DNA of 64,000 nucleotides, taken from NCBI RefSeq assembly GCF_004010195.1, contig NC_057716.1, forward strand, positions 40,403,821-40,467,820. Direction: 5' to 3'. The notes under the pieces were generated by a model, which worked only from the letters and a program-made list of their open reading frames with translations, did not search any database and was not told the origin of the DNA. Position 1 is the first letter of the stretch; each line of letters starts with the position of its first letter. This document shows positions 12,877 through 26,135 of the stretch, one piece after another. Source of the stretch: Chiloscyllium plagiosum (taxonomy: Eukaryota). Made by a program: the position numbers and the translations under genes.

Positions 12877-13189
12877 TTGGATTACCAACTGAGATAGTGC
12901 TGTAACCAAATGGATCATAACTTGCTCCTAAATTTAAAGTGTACCAATTACTCACCATTAATTATGCTCAAATGATGCAACAATTCCAGGTGAGGGGATG
13001 ATATATAGTTAAACTCAGAAATCCAAAGCTCTTTGTGACATGAGTTGTTTCCATCAGTTTCACAAAAAATAGCATCTTGTTGCATTGTGCAACATTGAAG
13101 TCTACTGGGTGCTGTGACACTACTGTATATGTGTGGTCAAACTCACCAGAAAAAATGAAGTCTTGTCCCTTTCAGTCCAAGTATATTAT

Positions 13190-13212
13190 TAGTAGTAGTA
13201 GTAGTAGTAGTA
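13190..13212 (+). repeat. (TAG)n microsatellite followed by (AAC)n
   Basis: Direct reading; adjoins L2-like 3' end. Confidence 0.85.
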
Positions 13213-13229
13213 AAAGTAACAACAACAAC

Positions 13230-13585
13230 AACCTACAGACACTTGTAACTTAATATGAGACCACAAGACATTTCACAGGAGCATTATAAAGCAAAGTTTG
13301 ATACTAAGCCATGTAAAGTGACATTAGGTCAGATCACCAACAGCTTGGCCGAAGGGATCAGTGCTAAGGAGTTTTTTTATAAGAGGAAAGTGAGATAGAC
13401 AGGCTTAGGGAGGAAATTTCAAAGCCTACAGCTGAAGGCATAGCCACCAATGGTGGAGGAATGAAAAATGGGGATGTCCAATAGGCCTGAATTAGAGGGA
13501 TCCATCTCTTGGAGGCTTGCAAAGCTGGAGAAGATTTAGAGAGAGGGGGAAAGAAAAGGCATAGAGGCATCTGAAAATAAGAAAA
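13230..13585 (-). mobile_element. L2-like LINE 3' fragment
   Basis: Similar to 28880-29360, 20680-20980 and 41900-42080/46400-46560. Confidence 0.55.
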
Positions 13586-13631
13586 AAAAAGTCTGAACCA
13601 TTCCTTTCTGCTTTTTATTCCTCTCTCTTCA

Positions 13632-13890
13632 TTTCTCTTTCTGCATCTAATTTGATGTTGAATTTACCAGCACTAACTGACACTTCTTTCCACTCCTTAT
13701 ATTGTTACTTCCCTCATTTTGATTGTTTAAAGGCATTTAGCAAATTGCTTGCATTATTCAATCCAGTCACAGGTGCCTGGTTGCCCTCACAGATATCAAC
13801 ACGCGCTTTCAGCAACAAATATTGATAGAACATTTGGTTCCATTTCCCAACAGTTAAACTTCAGATTGCTGTTGAATGCCGACGAGTACC
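13632..13890 (+). repeat. Local direct repeat, copy 2
   Basis: Highly similar to 12626-12876, with a short insertion and a 19-bp inversion. Confidence 0.92.
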
Positions 13891-14264
13891 AGAGGTACTA
13901 ATGCTTTTAAGGTAAGATGTTCCATTGGTGTGTAATTAAAATGAAATGAGTAAATTCAATTTTGTTGGAACTGATCATTAATTATAACTTAATGATTTAG
14001 ATCAGCATATGAATAAAAGCTTTCATACGGACTTTAAAAATATTTAGCACTTGCAAATTTAGGTCAAAATCATGTGATTTCAATTTGAGACGAGATGTAG
14101 CTAATGTCCTTCAAACAAGTATAAAGCCATGCATTTGGGCTTAGGAAAGACTAGGTCTATTTATGACATTCAGGAATACCTGGTAAAAATTACACACAGT
14201 TCAAGAAAGGGGTCTGAGGATCACAATCAATGTTCCTTCTAGGCTGTGCATTAATGTGGAAGTT

Positions 14265-14590
14265 CATAGAATCATAGATTCCCTACAGTGTGAAAACAGG
14301 CCATTTGACACAACAAGCAAACAGTGTCCCTCCGAAGAGTAACCCACCCAGCCCCATTCCCTACTCTATTACTCTACATTTCTCCCTGACTGCACATCCC
14401 TGAACACTATGGACAACTTAGCATGGCTAATTCACCTAACCTGCACATCTTTGGACTGTGGTTGGAAATTGGAGCACCTGGAGGAAACTCAAACAGACAC
14501 AGGGAAAAAAGTGCAAACTCCAGACAGTCACCTGAGGCGGGAATTGAACCTGGGTCCCTGGTGCTGTGAGGCAGCAGTGCTAACCACTGA
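14265..14590 (-). mobile_element. HE1-like V-SINE
   Basis: Reverse-complement match to the other HE1 copies. Confidence 0.88.
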
Positions 14591-16562
14591 ACAAGTTACA
14601 CAAAAGTCAGCCCTTTTAAAAAGGTAGTGCACTGTGTAGCGACACAAAAACATTTAAAAAGCTCATTCATTCAAATAAATCAGTCACATTACAAGAAATT
14701 TAGACGGTACTAGATAGTTACTGAAAAATGGCAAAACAAATAGTATGGCAACGCAATTAGGGCCTTTCAATTATATTGCTAGAATACAACATTTAAAAAA
14801 TCCATAAAAGTGCTATAGACAGATAGAATAATAATTTGTGGAAAGGAACTGGATGCTTTCTTGAAAGTGAAAAGATTACAGGATTATATGGCAGGAGGAG
14901 TGAGTCAAATTGGGTAGATTTTTACAAGAATTAGCACAGGCACAATGGTGACCCACCTATAAAGGATAAAAAAGGTTTCCTTCAAGGATCAGGAACAGAA
15001 TATGTATGTTATACATTATATAGATATATGCAGTCTATACAGCTGGCATCACAAACCCAAGAATTATACAGAAACCTAAACTGTACCAATCACAAAATAT
15101 CATAGCACCCCCACTGATGAGCCAAAACTTAAAAAGGATATAAAGTTACTGAGGTATTGATCTAAATAGTAGATTAGTCTAGAGATGAATAAGTAGATCA
15201 GCATCTGCAGGAATTTGGTTTTTATCATGGAGGTATTAGTAATCTTGACAATTGTGTAACAATACAAAACAGAATGACAGAAGAATGGTTTCTTTTTGTA
15301 TTGATTTTCAAACCATTACAGTTGTCACAAGACAAATCCTTAAGAGATTAGTGGCGGAGTTAAACCTTATTTTGGTACAGTAGAAATCTTCAGAAATCAG
15401 GCAAAATTTCTGATTTTCTAAAGCAAATTTGTTATTTCTATTTTCTCAGCATTAATTCAGCCCATTTCGTGTTTGGAGAAAAGTTAAATAATCCTTTCAT
15501 ATAACTAAATAACTTGGTGATTTTCTTTCAAATACTTCAAACTATACGGAGGCAAACATTTCCACTAAATTTGTTCAATTCACAACCTTAATGCAAGCAA
15601 CTTCTCACAAGAATGCCATAGCTCATTTACACAAACAGTACTGACGTCCAAATACCAGGAAAGGTGTTTCACTTCATTACAGATATTTAATAAACTGCAA
15701 TTTCTATCTAAATCAGTAGCCAGATAACTCAGCACACACCTGCTGGTTTTAGTTTGTTTCCAATGAATCAAAATCAATCCAATTACAACAGACTAGATAG
15801 TATAGTTAAAAGCCATTGCTCAAAGTTGAAAATAGTGCTGCATAGTATACTTCTGCACAACCTAATAACATGCAAACAAAATAATAATATTGCTAATTTC
15901 AGGGGAAGACAATTACTCTTCATGTAAATAAGGAGATTTTTAACCACATCATTATTGGGTCAACTCAGTCGAATTACCTGATGACTACCATGTGCTGAAT
16001 AATGGAAGAAAAACAGAGAAATCTGCTAAAGTACTTTTCCTGAATAAGACACAAAATTGACAGAACACAATTACAACACATTGCATTCTCTGAATGTGGT
16101 TTTCTACTAGATGCTGAATTCAGGGGAAAACAAAAAGTGCCAACTTTCTAGATTTACACAGCTAACAAATTTTGAATAGGTTAGTAATCTATTACTTTAT
16201 GGTCATATTTTACTATTAAACTATTAAATAGGATGAAGTTTTTCCAAATACCAAATGCAGTAGAAGTGTAGCCCATGTAAATCCCAATGTTTCTTAGGTG
16301 CAGAAGCAGAAAAATAAAAATCCAAAATATTGCACAAGCTACAAATTGCAAAGAAAATTTCCATTAAGTTAAAACAGAATGAATTTACTTTGGTATCTTA
16401 AATCAAACCAATGTGTTGTTGCAATTGGCTTTGTGCCATGGAATTGGATGTACTCTCAATATCTACATGTCACAATCACTTAACATTCAAAACAAATGTA
16501 ACTTTTTAAAAAATTAAATCTAGAAAACTACAATGCTTATAAATCTTTCAAATTTTACTTAC

Positions 16563-16647
16563 TTTTACTGGCTGCTGAAACTCTGTCTTGTGCAGCATGA
16601 TTTCTAGTTGCTGGAACATTTACCCCTTCACCTTCATTGCTTTGAAC
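16563..16647 (-). CDS. ITPRID2: Coding exon 9 (VQSNEGEGVNVPATRNHAAQDRVSAASK), 85 nt
   Basis: gaacag|GTTCAA...AAAA|gtaagt; phase 0 to 1; resembles SSFA2 VQSTEGE..VPAT. Confidence 0.88.
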
Positions 16648-16879
16648 CTGTTCAATAAGAGTATAAGTGTGACCATATATATAATTGAGAGAGATCATTT
16701 TGAAGAAAAGCAAAAATACCACCTTATCTTAACAGGACATAGCATCTACTGCTGCTATTTGAATCCTTTACCATGTTTGCAAGTTGTTCAGAATAGGTTA
16801 ATGTTCATAACTCATGAATTCTAAACAAAAATATCTAAAAATTGATATTCTTATAATACTTTTGCTATTCCAAGTTAAA

Positions 16880-17560
16880 CAGCAGCTTTAGTAACACAGT
16901 TGTTACGTTACTGATTTCGTGATCTGGAGACAAGTACAAATTCCAACATGGCAGTTGGGGAAAATAAATCCAGTTAGTTTAATTTGGGAAAAAAATGTTG
17001 TGTCACTCCCGGTGACTATAGAGCCAGCAGCCTGTTATGAAAGCCTATCTGCCTCACCTAAATCCTTACTCTGTCTAGCCTATATGTGACTGTAGACCTA
17101 CAGCATGTAGTTGACTCGTAACTGTTCCCTGAAATAGCCTAATAGGCAAATGAGTTACCAGAAGTTACTGTGAAAAACATAGTTATAAAACTGGTTGAAC
17201 TACCCAAATACCTGCCCAAGCACACCATGCCTATTAGATCCTGCAAAGTCCTCTTCCCGGAGATCTGTGGACATACAAAATTAAGAAATCTGTCTTGCAG
17301 GCTGATTAAGCAATAGCCTGGCAATCATACTCTCGGAATCATACTTTACATGTACTTTACAGGGGTCTTCAAAATGGACTCTGAACCTATGAAATCTAAT
17401 GATATCAAAACCAACATGAGCAGCAAAAATTACAGCATTCCCTGAGCTGCTGGATTTGTACCTCTGCGTGTTGAACAACATTTGAAAAAAGCAACAAAGG
17501 TGCAGAATAAACATTGGGTGGAACTTCAACATGCACCACCAAGTGTGGCTTGATAGCACC
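16880..17560 (+). mobile_element. Old retroelement 5' remnant (SINE-like head followed by degenerate endonuclease-like sequence)
   Basis: GTCTAGCCTATATGTGACTGTAGACCTACAGCATGTAGTTGACTC motif, related to fragments near 19100, 50200 and 63700. Confidence 0.4.
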
Positions 17561-18009
17561 ATGACATGGAATTAAATGGAATTAATTAGTGCTTAAATAT
17601 TTTTACAGGAATATAAGGCTATGAAACTATGGAAACTAGTATTAGAATAGTTAGGTTCTTGTTTATGGCAGGTACAGACTCGATGGGCTAAAGGGCTCTT
17701 CTGTGCTATAGACTTTGAGGATTTTATGACTCTAACCGCTGTATGATGTTGACATGTCCAGATTGAATGGTAGGGAATGACAGAGTACGAGAATGGATGG
17801 GGAGATGTTTGGATGGAGTTGGTTGAGGTGAATCCGGGATATGTGGTCAGATCAGGTTATGTCAGGGAGCTAATGAGACAGGATAAGGGGATGCCAGGGT
17901 AACAATTAGGTCTCGCTGATACCAGAGGAGTTGCATGATTGGATAGGGTCGGGGGGTATTAAACTTAGCAAAGAACAATACATCTTGCCCTTCCATACTA
18001 AAACTGTCT

Positions 18010-19035
18010 TCATTTACAGGATCCGTATCCCTCTATTCCCTTCCTTTCCACATGTTCATCCAGGTACTTCTTCAATACTACTATTGTGTCTATTTCCACT
18101 ACCTCCTCTGGCAATGCATTCCAGGCACTCACCACCCTTTTTGAATGAAAAACTTGCCGCACACATCTCTTTTAAACTGCACCACCCCCCCCTTACATCT
18201 TGAACTGGTGTCCCTGAATAATTGATCCCTCTGACCTGGGAAAAAGACTCATACTTTCCACTCTATTCATGCCATTTACAATCTTTATAAACTTTTATCA
18301 GGTCACCCCTTCAACCTCCTGCATTCCAGTGAAAACAAACCCAGTCTATCCAACTTTTCTTCATAGATGAAATTCCCCATACCACGCAATTTCCTGGCAA
18401 GACTTTTCTGTATATTCTTTTGATAGTGTGGTGACCAGAACGTACACAATATTCCAAATGTGACCTAACTAAAGCTGTATAAAGCTGCAGCATAACTTGC
18501 CTATCCTTAAACTTAAGGCTCCTTCCAACGAAGGCAAGCATGCCATAGGCCTTTTTCACTACGTTATCTACCCGAGTTGCCACTGTCACTAATCTGTAGA
18601 CCTGCACACCCAGATCCCTCTGCATATCAATACTCCTAAGGGTTCTGTCATTCACTGTATTGTTTCCACCTGTACATGACCTTCCAAAGAGCATCATCTC
18701 ACATTTGTCCAGATTAAGCTCCATCTACCATATTTCTGCCCATGTGTTTAACTGATCTTTAAACTGCTGTATCCTCTGACAATCCTCCTCACTATCTGCA
18801 ACTCCACCAATCTTTGTACCATCTGCAAACTTACTAAGTAGACCAGCCACGTTTTCCTCCAAATATTTACGTAGATCACAAACAGCAAAGGTCCCAGCAC
18901 CGATCCCTGTGGAACACCACTAGTCACAATCCTCCATATCAAAAGGCATCCTTCCACTGCTACCCTTGGTCTCCAACTAAGCTAGTTCTGTATCCACCAT
19001 GTCAGCTCACCCTTGATGCTATGTGACTTCCAAAG
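18010..19035 (-). mobile_element. CR1-clade LINE fragment
   Basis: VTSGVPQGSVLGPLLFVIY, RDLGVQV, KKAYGMLAF, LY.ALVRSHLEYCV. Confidence 0.9.
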
Positions 19036-19225
19036 AGGGAGGCGGGAGGGCCAGGTGGTTAGTTTTGGGAGAGGTTGCTGGGGAAGGTGGTTAGTTCAGT
19101 GGGTCAGAAGTCACAAGTAAACCAGACTTTCTTCCCTTGAGGACATTAGTAAATTGGTTAATTTAGTAAGTAACATATTAAGCAATTTTTTTGGCAGATG
19201 AACACAAACTGAAGTGACAATTCAC

Positions 19226-19995
19226 CTCTTCTAAATCAAAAGAGAATTCCTTCTGCTCCTCCATCAGAGTTTTCACAATTGGATGCTGAATTGTTGCAGT
19301 AGGCCCTTTGCTGTGAGTTGAACACACTGGTCCTGTGCTCACTATCTCTGAACTTTCCTGGGAGTGGACAGATGTCAGTTCGCTGTTGGCTTCAGGTTCC
19401 CTGTCTGTGGAGGTACTGTGGAGGTCCTCAGTCAGAACAGAATCTGAGATCCCACTATCCTCTTTCAAATAATTCCCTGACCCTTTTCGAGTGTTCACAG
19501 CCCCACTCAGCACGGATGTCTGGCCAGCTGTTACGTCGCATGTCATTCCCTGAGGAACAGATTCTAAGGGACTAAAAGGAGAATCACTTCCACCAATCAC
19601 TTCTTCAGTTACAGTCTTCAGTGAAGAGTCAGTCAATTTACGCCATTTCTGCAGCCTTGCTTCTTTCTTTTGCTTTACCTCCTCTTTCTTCTCATTGTCA
19701 GTCATACTTTCATTAGTCCCGGGAGACTGCGATGGTTTAGAACCTTCCGTATCTGCTGATTCTGTTTGATTGCTTGTTTCTGTCCCTTTTACCTGCTGTG
19801 GCCCAAGCAAATTGAGTTTTGACACGGTTTTCTTTAATCTACTGGCTGCAACATTTCCATTTGCAGGAGCTTCACCTGCAGCCGAGTCTTCTGTTGAACT
19901 ACCAATCCTTTTCACATGGGCACCAGAAACTTGAGAATACAGTGATGAGAATACATTAGCCACAGTGGTGAGAACTTTAATCTGGCGGAACCGGC
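19226..19995 (-). CDS. ITPRID2: Coding exon 8 (RFRQIKVLTTVANVFSSLYSQVSG...FSFDLEE), 770 nt
   Basis: aattacag|GCCGG...GAAGAG|gtgaat; within 296-aa ORF 19178..20068; phase 1 to 0. Confidence 0.93.
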
Positions 19996-20161
19996 CTGTA
20001 ATTGAAAGGAAGAATTTATCATACAAAGAATAATACACATGATAGAGCTTAGGATATGACAGCAACACACAGAAGGATTAAATACCAATAAAATTTGTAA
20101 CAGTCCTACACAAAATTTCTCTATGCCATCTGAATGATAGACCAGACACAGATAGTGCCAT

Positions 20162-20465
20162 TCACTTGAGAATATAACTTTTAAAAAACGCTTTGCGATT
20201 TACAAGTGAAAGAACTGAAACCAACATGGTCATTCTAACAGCTGAGAGACTTAACAAACAATCCAGGTCTTTTTCAATATATAATTTTAGTTACATCCCA
20301 CTGTAAACTTTTGCTATAAATTCTTATTCTCCACAACCATCTGATAAAGGATCAGCACTCCAAAAGCTAGTACTTCCAATTAAACCTGTTGGACTATAGT
20401 CTGGTGTTGTGAGATTTTTTTTAACTTGGTACACCCTAGTCCAACACCAGCATCTCCAAATCATG
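20162..20465 (+). mobile_element. Penelope-like 3' end fragment with decayed hammerhead (20341-20369)
   Basis: Matches 54290-54585; 8-bp flanking repeat AGTGCCAT (20154-20161, 20466-20473). Confidence 0.75.
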
Positions 20466-22710
20466 AGTGCCATCTATAATTTTTATAACTACTACAACTG
20501 TACAATGCCTGGTCACGGTGAACATTAACCATGAATAGTGATGACTACTGCTTGAAATCATGTAATGTTATCGCAACAGACATACTACCATTTCATAAGA
20601 ACAAATCTAATTCTATACCTTAAATACTTCAAAAAATATTTGTAAAGAAATTCTGGTCAAGTAACAATGTATGTAGACAGCACCCTTAAAATATCAAATC
20701 GTCACAACGTCTTTCATTTAAACACCAAAAGATTCAGCACTTGGTAATGGAGGAGATATTAGGGACAGTGACCAATAACAAAAACACACATCTCACAGCG
20801 AAGGTGGCTTAAGGCAAAACTGTTGATGATGTCGTGTTTAAAGCTGGAACACACAAGAGGCCAGAATTAGAGTACGCACAAATCACCAAGTTATAGGACT
20901 GAAGGAGATTAGAAGAATAAGGACTGGTTAGGCCCTAGAGGCTTTTGAAAACAAGTCTGAGAGGTTTGCAATCTGGCAGTCTATGTAATAAGCTATAATT
21001 TAAAGACATTTTTAGATCGCAATGATTATTTGGACACAAAAATGACCAAAATATGTGTATTCAACAAATATATAGAAGACCTCATGGAAATTAAACAGCC
21101 AGGTGATAAAGAACATAAAATTGGCTAGAATCATTCAGATTTCAATGGTATTTTCAATTAATTAGCAGCCTATCCATGGTAGGATGTGGAATTTTCAGAG
21201 TTTTATAACAATGGGGATGGTATCAGTGAAGTGTAATGTGGCAAGTGTTACAACAAGTTTGATATATCTGTAAGTTTTAGCAAACAGTACACACATAATG
21301 CTGATTGTCCTTATTGGTTTGGGCTCCTAAAGACATTCCTTTGTGCTGGATTGAAAACTGTATCACTGATATTGGGGGGCTACTCTATAATCACATACAA
21401 CTCTTCAGACATGCTGACCATTTTCTTCATTACCATTAACTTTAGCGATAGACAAAACCATAAGTCCCTAACAGCCAATGTTGTGAAGTCCAAGGCTTGA
21501 ATAGAGGTGAGTGGAGTATTGTACTCTAAACTATCTGAAAACCATGTTCTTTAGTAAACATCACTACATTTATCCTAACAGCAGTGCAGTCAGTAGTTAA
21601 TTCTTCATCTAAGTAGTCCACAAAACAAAAGGCTTACTGAAAGCATTGAAATAAAAGATCAGGGAGGACAATAGTAACATATACAAGGCGTCAGATAAAG
21701 ACAACTGTTGGAATTTTTGGGGGAAGCTAATCAGTTGAAATATTGGGGGCAATCCCATCTCCAGCTGCCCAGGAAGCCCCAAGCATATTTCACAGGTCAC
21801 TGCCCAAGGTCAGGGCCTTTAGGTGTAGTGGCTGCTGCTGGAATGGCAATCAAACCTTGAACAGAGGCAGTGTTGGAAACCAGATAGCCAGGCAGTTGGA
21901 GTGGGTGCTGGGGTCTTTTTGCAGCAATCAGGGGGTCAGGGACAGCAATGAATGAAGGTGTACGTTGGGGTGGGTCTTTCTACTAGGGTAGGGAGGGAGG
22001 CCCACCTCGGCATGCTTTAGTCAGGAGGAGCTCCAACATATCCTGAAGCCACAGTTACATAGTTGTGACCATTCCCTTTCCCTTCCGGACTATGCCAATG
22101 GTAGATTACCAGTCACAGTCAGAGGAGGATTCTTTGTTGTCATTAATTAGTCACTTACAAGCCTCAAATAGCCCAAAAGAGAGCATGATGCCTGGCATCT
22201 ACAACGGAGGAAGAATAATTTTGCATTTGAGTTACTTCCAACCTTTTGGAGAAAGGTCAATGTTATTTGCATTCTGAAAGCACTACATCATGTAAGTGCG
22301 TTTCTTAAAATCTCTTCCTATCTGCTATATTCTTGCATCTCTTTACAGTTTGCTTTATGAGACAAAAGAACTTTCATATAAAGTGACTTCTTTGTGACCT
22401 GAAACTGCTAAACTGGCATCAAATTAGGAACAAACTTGCATTCTGGTAGTTTTCTCTGTGGAAACAGGGTCAAGAATATGCAAAAACAAGTATGCCACTT
22501 AGAATACTTATAGTCATCAGGATTGAGATTCATTTATGTTAAAACATAGATTGCTTTTCCTTTTTTGAAAATAAATAGGAAGCATTGTTATTTCTTCAGA
22601 AAATAAATGTTTGAATAAATTGTTAAATTACTCAATTAGGTTATGGTGCAAAATGTTAATAAACAGAGAATATTAATGAATTTGATTTTTTTTCAAAAAG
22701 AGAAACCTAC

Positions 22711-22919
22711 TTGTAAGAGCAAAATTTGGATTGTCTAATTCCATACGTTGCATTTGAGCATCTAAAAATAGCTTAAAATCAATTCCTTTTGCAAATGATG
22801 CAGCATTAAAAAATCGACATGGAATTTTAGATGCAAGGTCAGGCTCATCTGTTCCAAATCCAAGATTATACAGAACATCCTCAGGATCTTCCTCATAAAG
22901 GTCCAATAATTCTGAAACA
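22711..22919 (-). CDS. ITPRID2: Coding exon 7, core of KRAP IP3R-binding domain ([22 protein letters not shown]...RFFN...NPNFALT), 209 nt
   Basis: ctgctcag|TGTTTC...ACAA|gtaggt; overlaps ORF 22673..22906; NLGF and FF motifs present. Confidence 0.95.
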
Positions 22920-24435
22920 CTGAGCAGAAAATAAAAGAAAACAACAAATATTTCAATGCAAACAGAGTAAAAAAAGTTAAAAAATTATCAAACGAATCAG
23001 AAAAATAAACTTATAGACAATTGTGAGTTTAATAGTTCTTTGCACTTTTGTACAGCCTCAAAGGCTTTCCGAGCTAGAATGTAGTAATAAATGCTCGCCT
23101 ACCACTGAACTCCTTTGCATTCTATACTAGACCATGGCTCAGATATTCTGGACCCCATGTCCTAACGAAATAAACTTTATGGAAATAGCAGGGGTGAAAT
23201 GTCCATGACCACAACAGAGTGAGCACAGTCAAGACTGGGACCCACATCCTTATCTGGACTATAAAAATCCCATACAACAGAGCAGGAATTCTGGAATTGG
23301 ATCCCACCCACTACTTTTAAATATCATCTGACTCCATTCTGACATGGTTGGAGACATGAAAATCCAGACCTCAATGTCTCAAAAGGCTGAATCAATCGTG
23401 ACAGTAGATATATACCTTTCAATTTAGAGTAACGAAAGAGTAATTTTACTCAATATATACTTAAATTTCAATATGGTACATTAAAACATTTTCATGAGTT
23501 TTCATAGAATCACTAGAGAATCACTAATTCTCTCTGATGTGTTTTGTTTGCCATCTGGGGAAATCCAGTTAATGAATGCATAAGTTTGAGGGACTGTTGA
23601 CAACACAAAATACAACCTTATTATTAGGGAATGCTAAAAGGAATGTTTGTACTTTTGTTCTATCCCTGACCAACCAAGCTTAAAAATGTTGTTCATATTC
23701 TAACATTAACAGTCAGCAAGAGAGTTAGCCTGGTATGACAAGTTGTTAATATGTAATGTATGCAGTGCAGAAAAAAAAAGTTTCAACCCTTCAGCTGAAC
23801 AGATTTAAAAATAATAGTTGGCTATACTGAAAAAGACCTGTAGTCCATGCCTGTGAAATAATAATAGTTAATAGCAAAGAGACATATCATTGCATACAAA
23901 TGATCAACATAATAGCCTTTTTTCATCATAATGCTGACACTGAGGAAAAAATTAAAATTAATGATTTTAATAAGGAGGGATAGTTCATAGAAGATTGGTG
24001 GAAAACAATTAAGATTGTGGATAACGAAGTGCAAGGCATTACTGAAATCACTAACCACTTATCCTGGAAAATTAGGAATTCCTGGGTAAATCCTTTTATA
24101 CAAGGCTAAACATATTTTCATACACAACAATGGCAGGAAATGAAAAATTGATGTAAAAATAACTTCTTTAGTGCAATACAATTGCATTTTTTTTTTAAGA
24201 AAAGCAACCATTTAACTGCTGCACATCCAAACTCTCAACAAATTTACTAAAAACCGGAAGTACATTTATAATAACACAGTTTACTCAAGTAGAAGGCATG
24301 CAGACATTTTTGAACTACATTATAATATACTTTCTGTACAAATTCAATACACATTGTTAAACATTATTAGCTGAGGAATATGCAGTGAACAACAAAAAAG
24401 GTTAGAAGCCTACATTTCATTTGACATCAGATTAC

Positions 24436-24534
24436 CTAGATACAGTTGTATTGCTCCTGCCAGAGCCAGTAGAATTCATGCTGTTTCCCATTTGATAAAA
24501 CTGCTTCCGTTTTTCCTTGGCTGATGTCCCATGG
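24436..24534 (-). CDS. ITPRID2: Coding exon 6 (HGTSAKEKRKQFYQMGNSMNSTGSGRSNTTVS), 99 nt
   Basis: tttgtag|CCATGG...TCTAG|gtaat; phase 2 to 2; 90-nt intron from exon 5. Confidence 0.92.
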   Translation of the reverse strand, partial: PWDISQGKTEAVLSNGKQHEFYWLWQEQYNCI

Positions 24535-24624
24535 CTACAAAGCATAAGTATTTGATTAGAAATATTGAATGTTCTCTTCAGTAAGCAAATTAACAAAAGC
24601 ATTTTTCCTGAAGTGTATACTAAC

Positions 24625-24667
24625 CTTGCTGCTGATATCGAGTCACTGCAAGTCTGAAGATGTTTTG
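24625..24667 (-). CDS. ITPRID2: Coding exon 5 (AKHLQTCSDSISAA), 43 nt
   Basis: ctacag|CAAAAC...GCAAG|gttagt; phase 1 to 2 bridges exons 4 and 6. Confidence 0.82.
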
Positions 24668-24874
24668 CTGTAGATGAAAAGTTTGAATAATAAAATTTAT
24701 TGGTCTTCAGAAAGTCTACAATTTAAACAAACAGCTGTATAGATGCAGATATCTAACTTCACAAGCTAGAAACAATAGCTGTTTGCTGATGGGCTCCTTG
24801 ACTCGACAAGCCATAAGCACTTTTATTTCATGCTCATCCGCACTTTATATCTTAACTGGTATCCTTCTCACTTA

Positions 24875-25005
24875 AACAAAAGTACTGTGAATGCTGCAGG
24901 TCTGGAAACAAAAACAGAAAATGCTGGAGAAACACAGCAGGTTTGGCAGCATCCGTGAGAGAGAAGCAGAGTTGACATTTTGAGTCTGATGACTTCTTCA
25001 GAACT
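24875..25005 (-). mobile_element. PLE pLTR fragment with decayed hammerhead
   Basis: Minus strand AGTT-CTGAAGA-AGTC-ATCA-GACT-CAAAA-TGTC-AACT, then the GATGCTGCC...CCAGCA tail shared with other pLTRs. Confidence 0.65.
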
Positions 25006-25329
25006 AATCCTCTTCTTGCTGTTTATTCCATTTTGCATTCACTTCAGAAGATCAAAGCTTACTTTTTTGAACAACCTGGCCACATAACACAAAGTTAAGA
25101 CAACTGGTACATAGATAAATTTTACTCTGTGCAGACTTGTTAAACCAATTGAGTAAACCTCTTCTGATAACTTATAAGGACAGATTTGTGGCTTTGCATA
25201 CCCAGTGGAAAGCCACGGGTTCCAAGAGTGCTTCTGAGAAATTGGAAGGCAGGCTGTGTAATATGACTGCAAACTTCAGTAAGGCATTCACACTAAATTA
25301 CACAGGATGTTCCTACAGTAACGCAAAGG

Positions 25330-26135
25330 TGGAGGAGTACCCTTATAACATTCAAGTAATTATTTTTCTAAAAAAGAAAGAGGCTGGCCTCCTTCTGTGC
25401 CATAATAAGTCTGTGCCACTTTGGCAAGATAAATAAGGAGGCACATTATTTGAAAAGTAGATATCTAAGCTTGATACAGAGCACAGGTATGTGGGAGTGT
25501 AAATACAGAAATCACGTAAGTAGCAATGCCAACTAATAAGGTTACAAAGGAAACCAAGCACTAGAATTTATTTCTAGAGGTACAGAAAGATAAGTAGTGG
25601 TATTGTGCTAAATTTGTGTCAAACCTCGTGAAGCTATGATTGTAGTAATGTGTGCAGTTCTTGACACCACATTATAAAATTGACATAGAGACAACAGAGT
25701 GAAAAGAAAAAAATTGTAACTGTCAGGAAATTATAAACTGACTGAGGATCTTGTCTGTTCAAAAGAGAGAACTGAGGGTGAACAGGTAGAAGTTTTAAAA
25801 AATATGAACAATATATTTGGAGTAGACTCAGATAAAATGAGTTCACGTCTGGGAAAGAGCAAAATGACAGAAGATGATCAGCAACCAATCAGATGAAGAA
25901 ATCAAAAGAAACTTTTTTAGTTAGAGTGGCAAGTGTGTGGAGTTCACACCCACAGAAAGTGGCTGGGGTAAATAATATAGATGCATTGAAGGGGACTCTA
26001 GATAAGTCTATAAAAAGGATACAAGGGTTTTGCTTACAATTGTGTGGGCAATGTTGGGAGGAAGGTCATACTGTATAACTCTGAACTGACTTGTGCCAAT
26101 GGCATGTTTCTGAGCCATATACTCTGAACAATTCT
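25330..26135 (+). mobile_element. Highly degenerate CR1 3' region
   Basis: Residual motifs (FLVRVASVWSSHPQKV, similar to RVV..WN.LP..V). Confidence 0.6.

Noticed and set aside
12626-13890. LTR retrotransposon (paired direct repeats)
   Set aside because: No TG..CA termini, TSD, PBS or PPT seen; the interior is L2 and unique sequence
19178-20068. 296-aa ORF as a single-exon gene
   Set aside because: It is exon 8 plus intronic read-through at both ends
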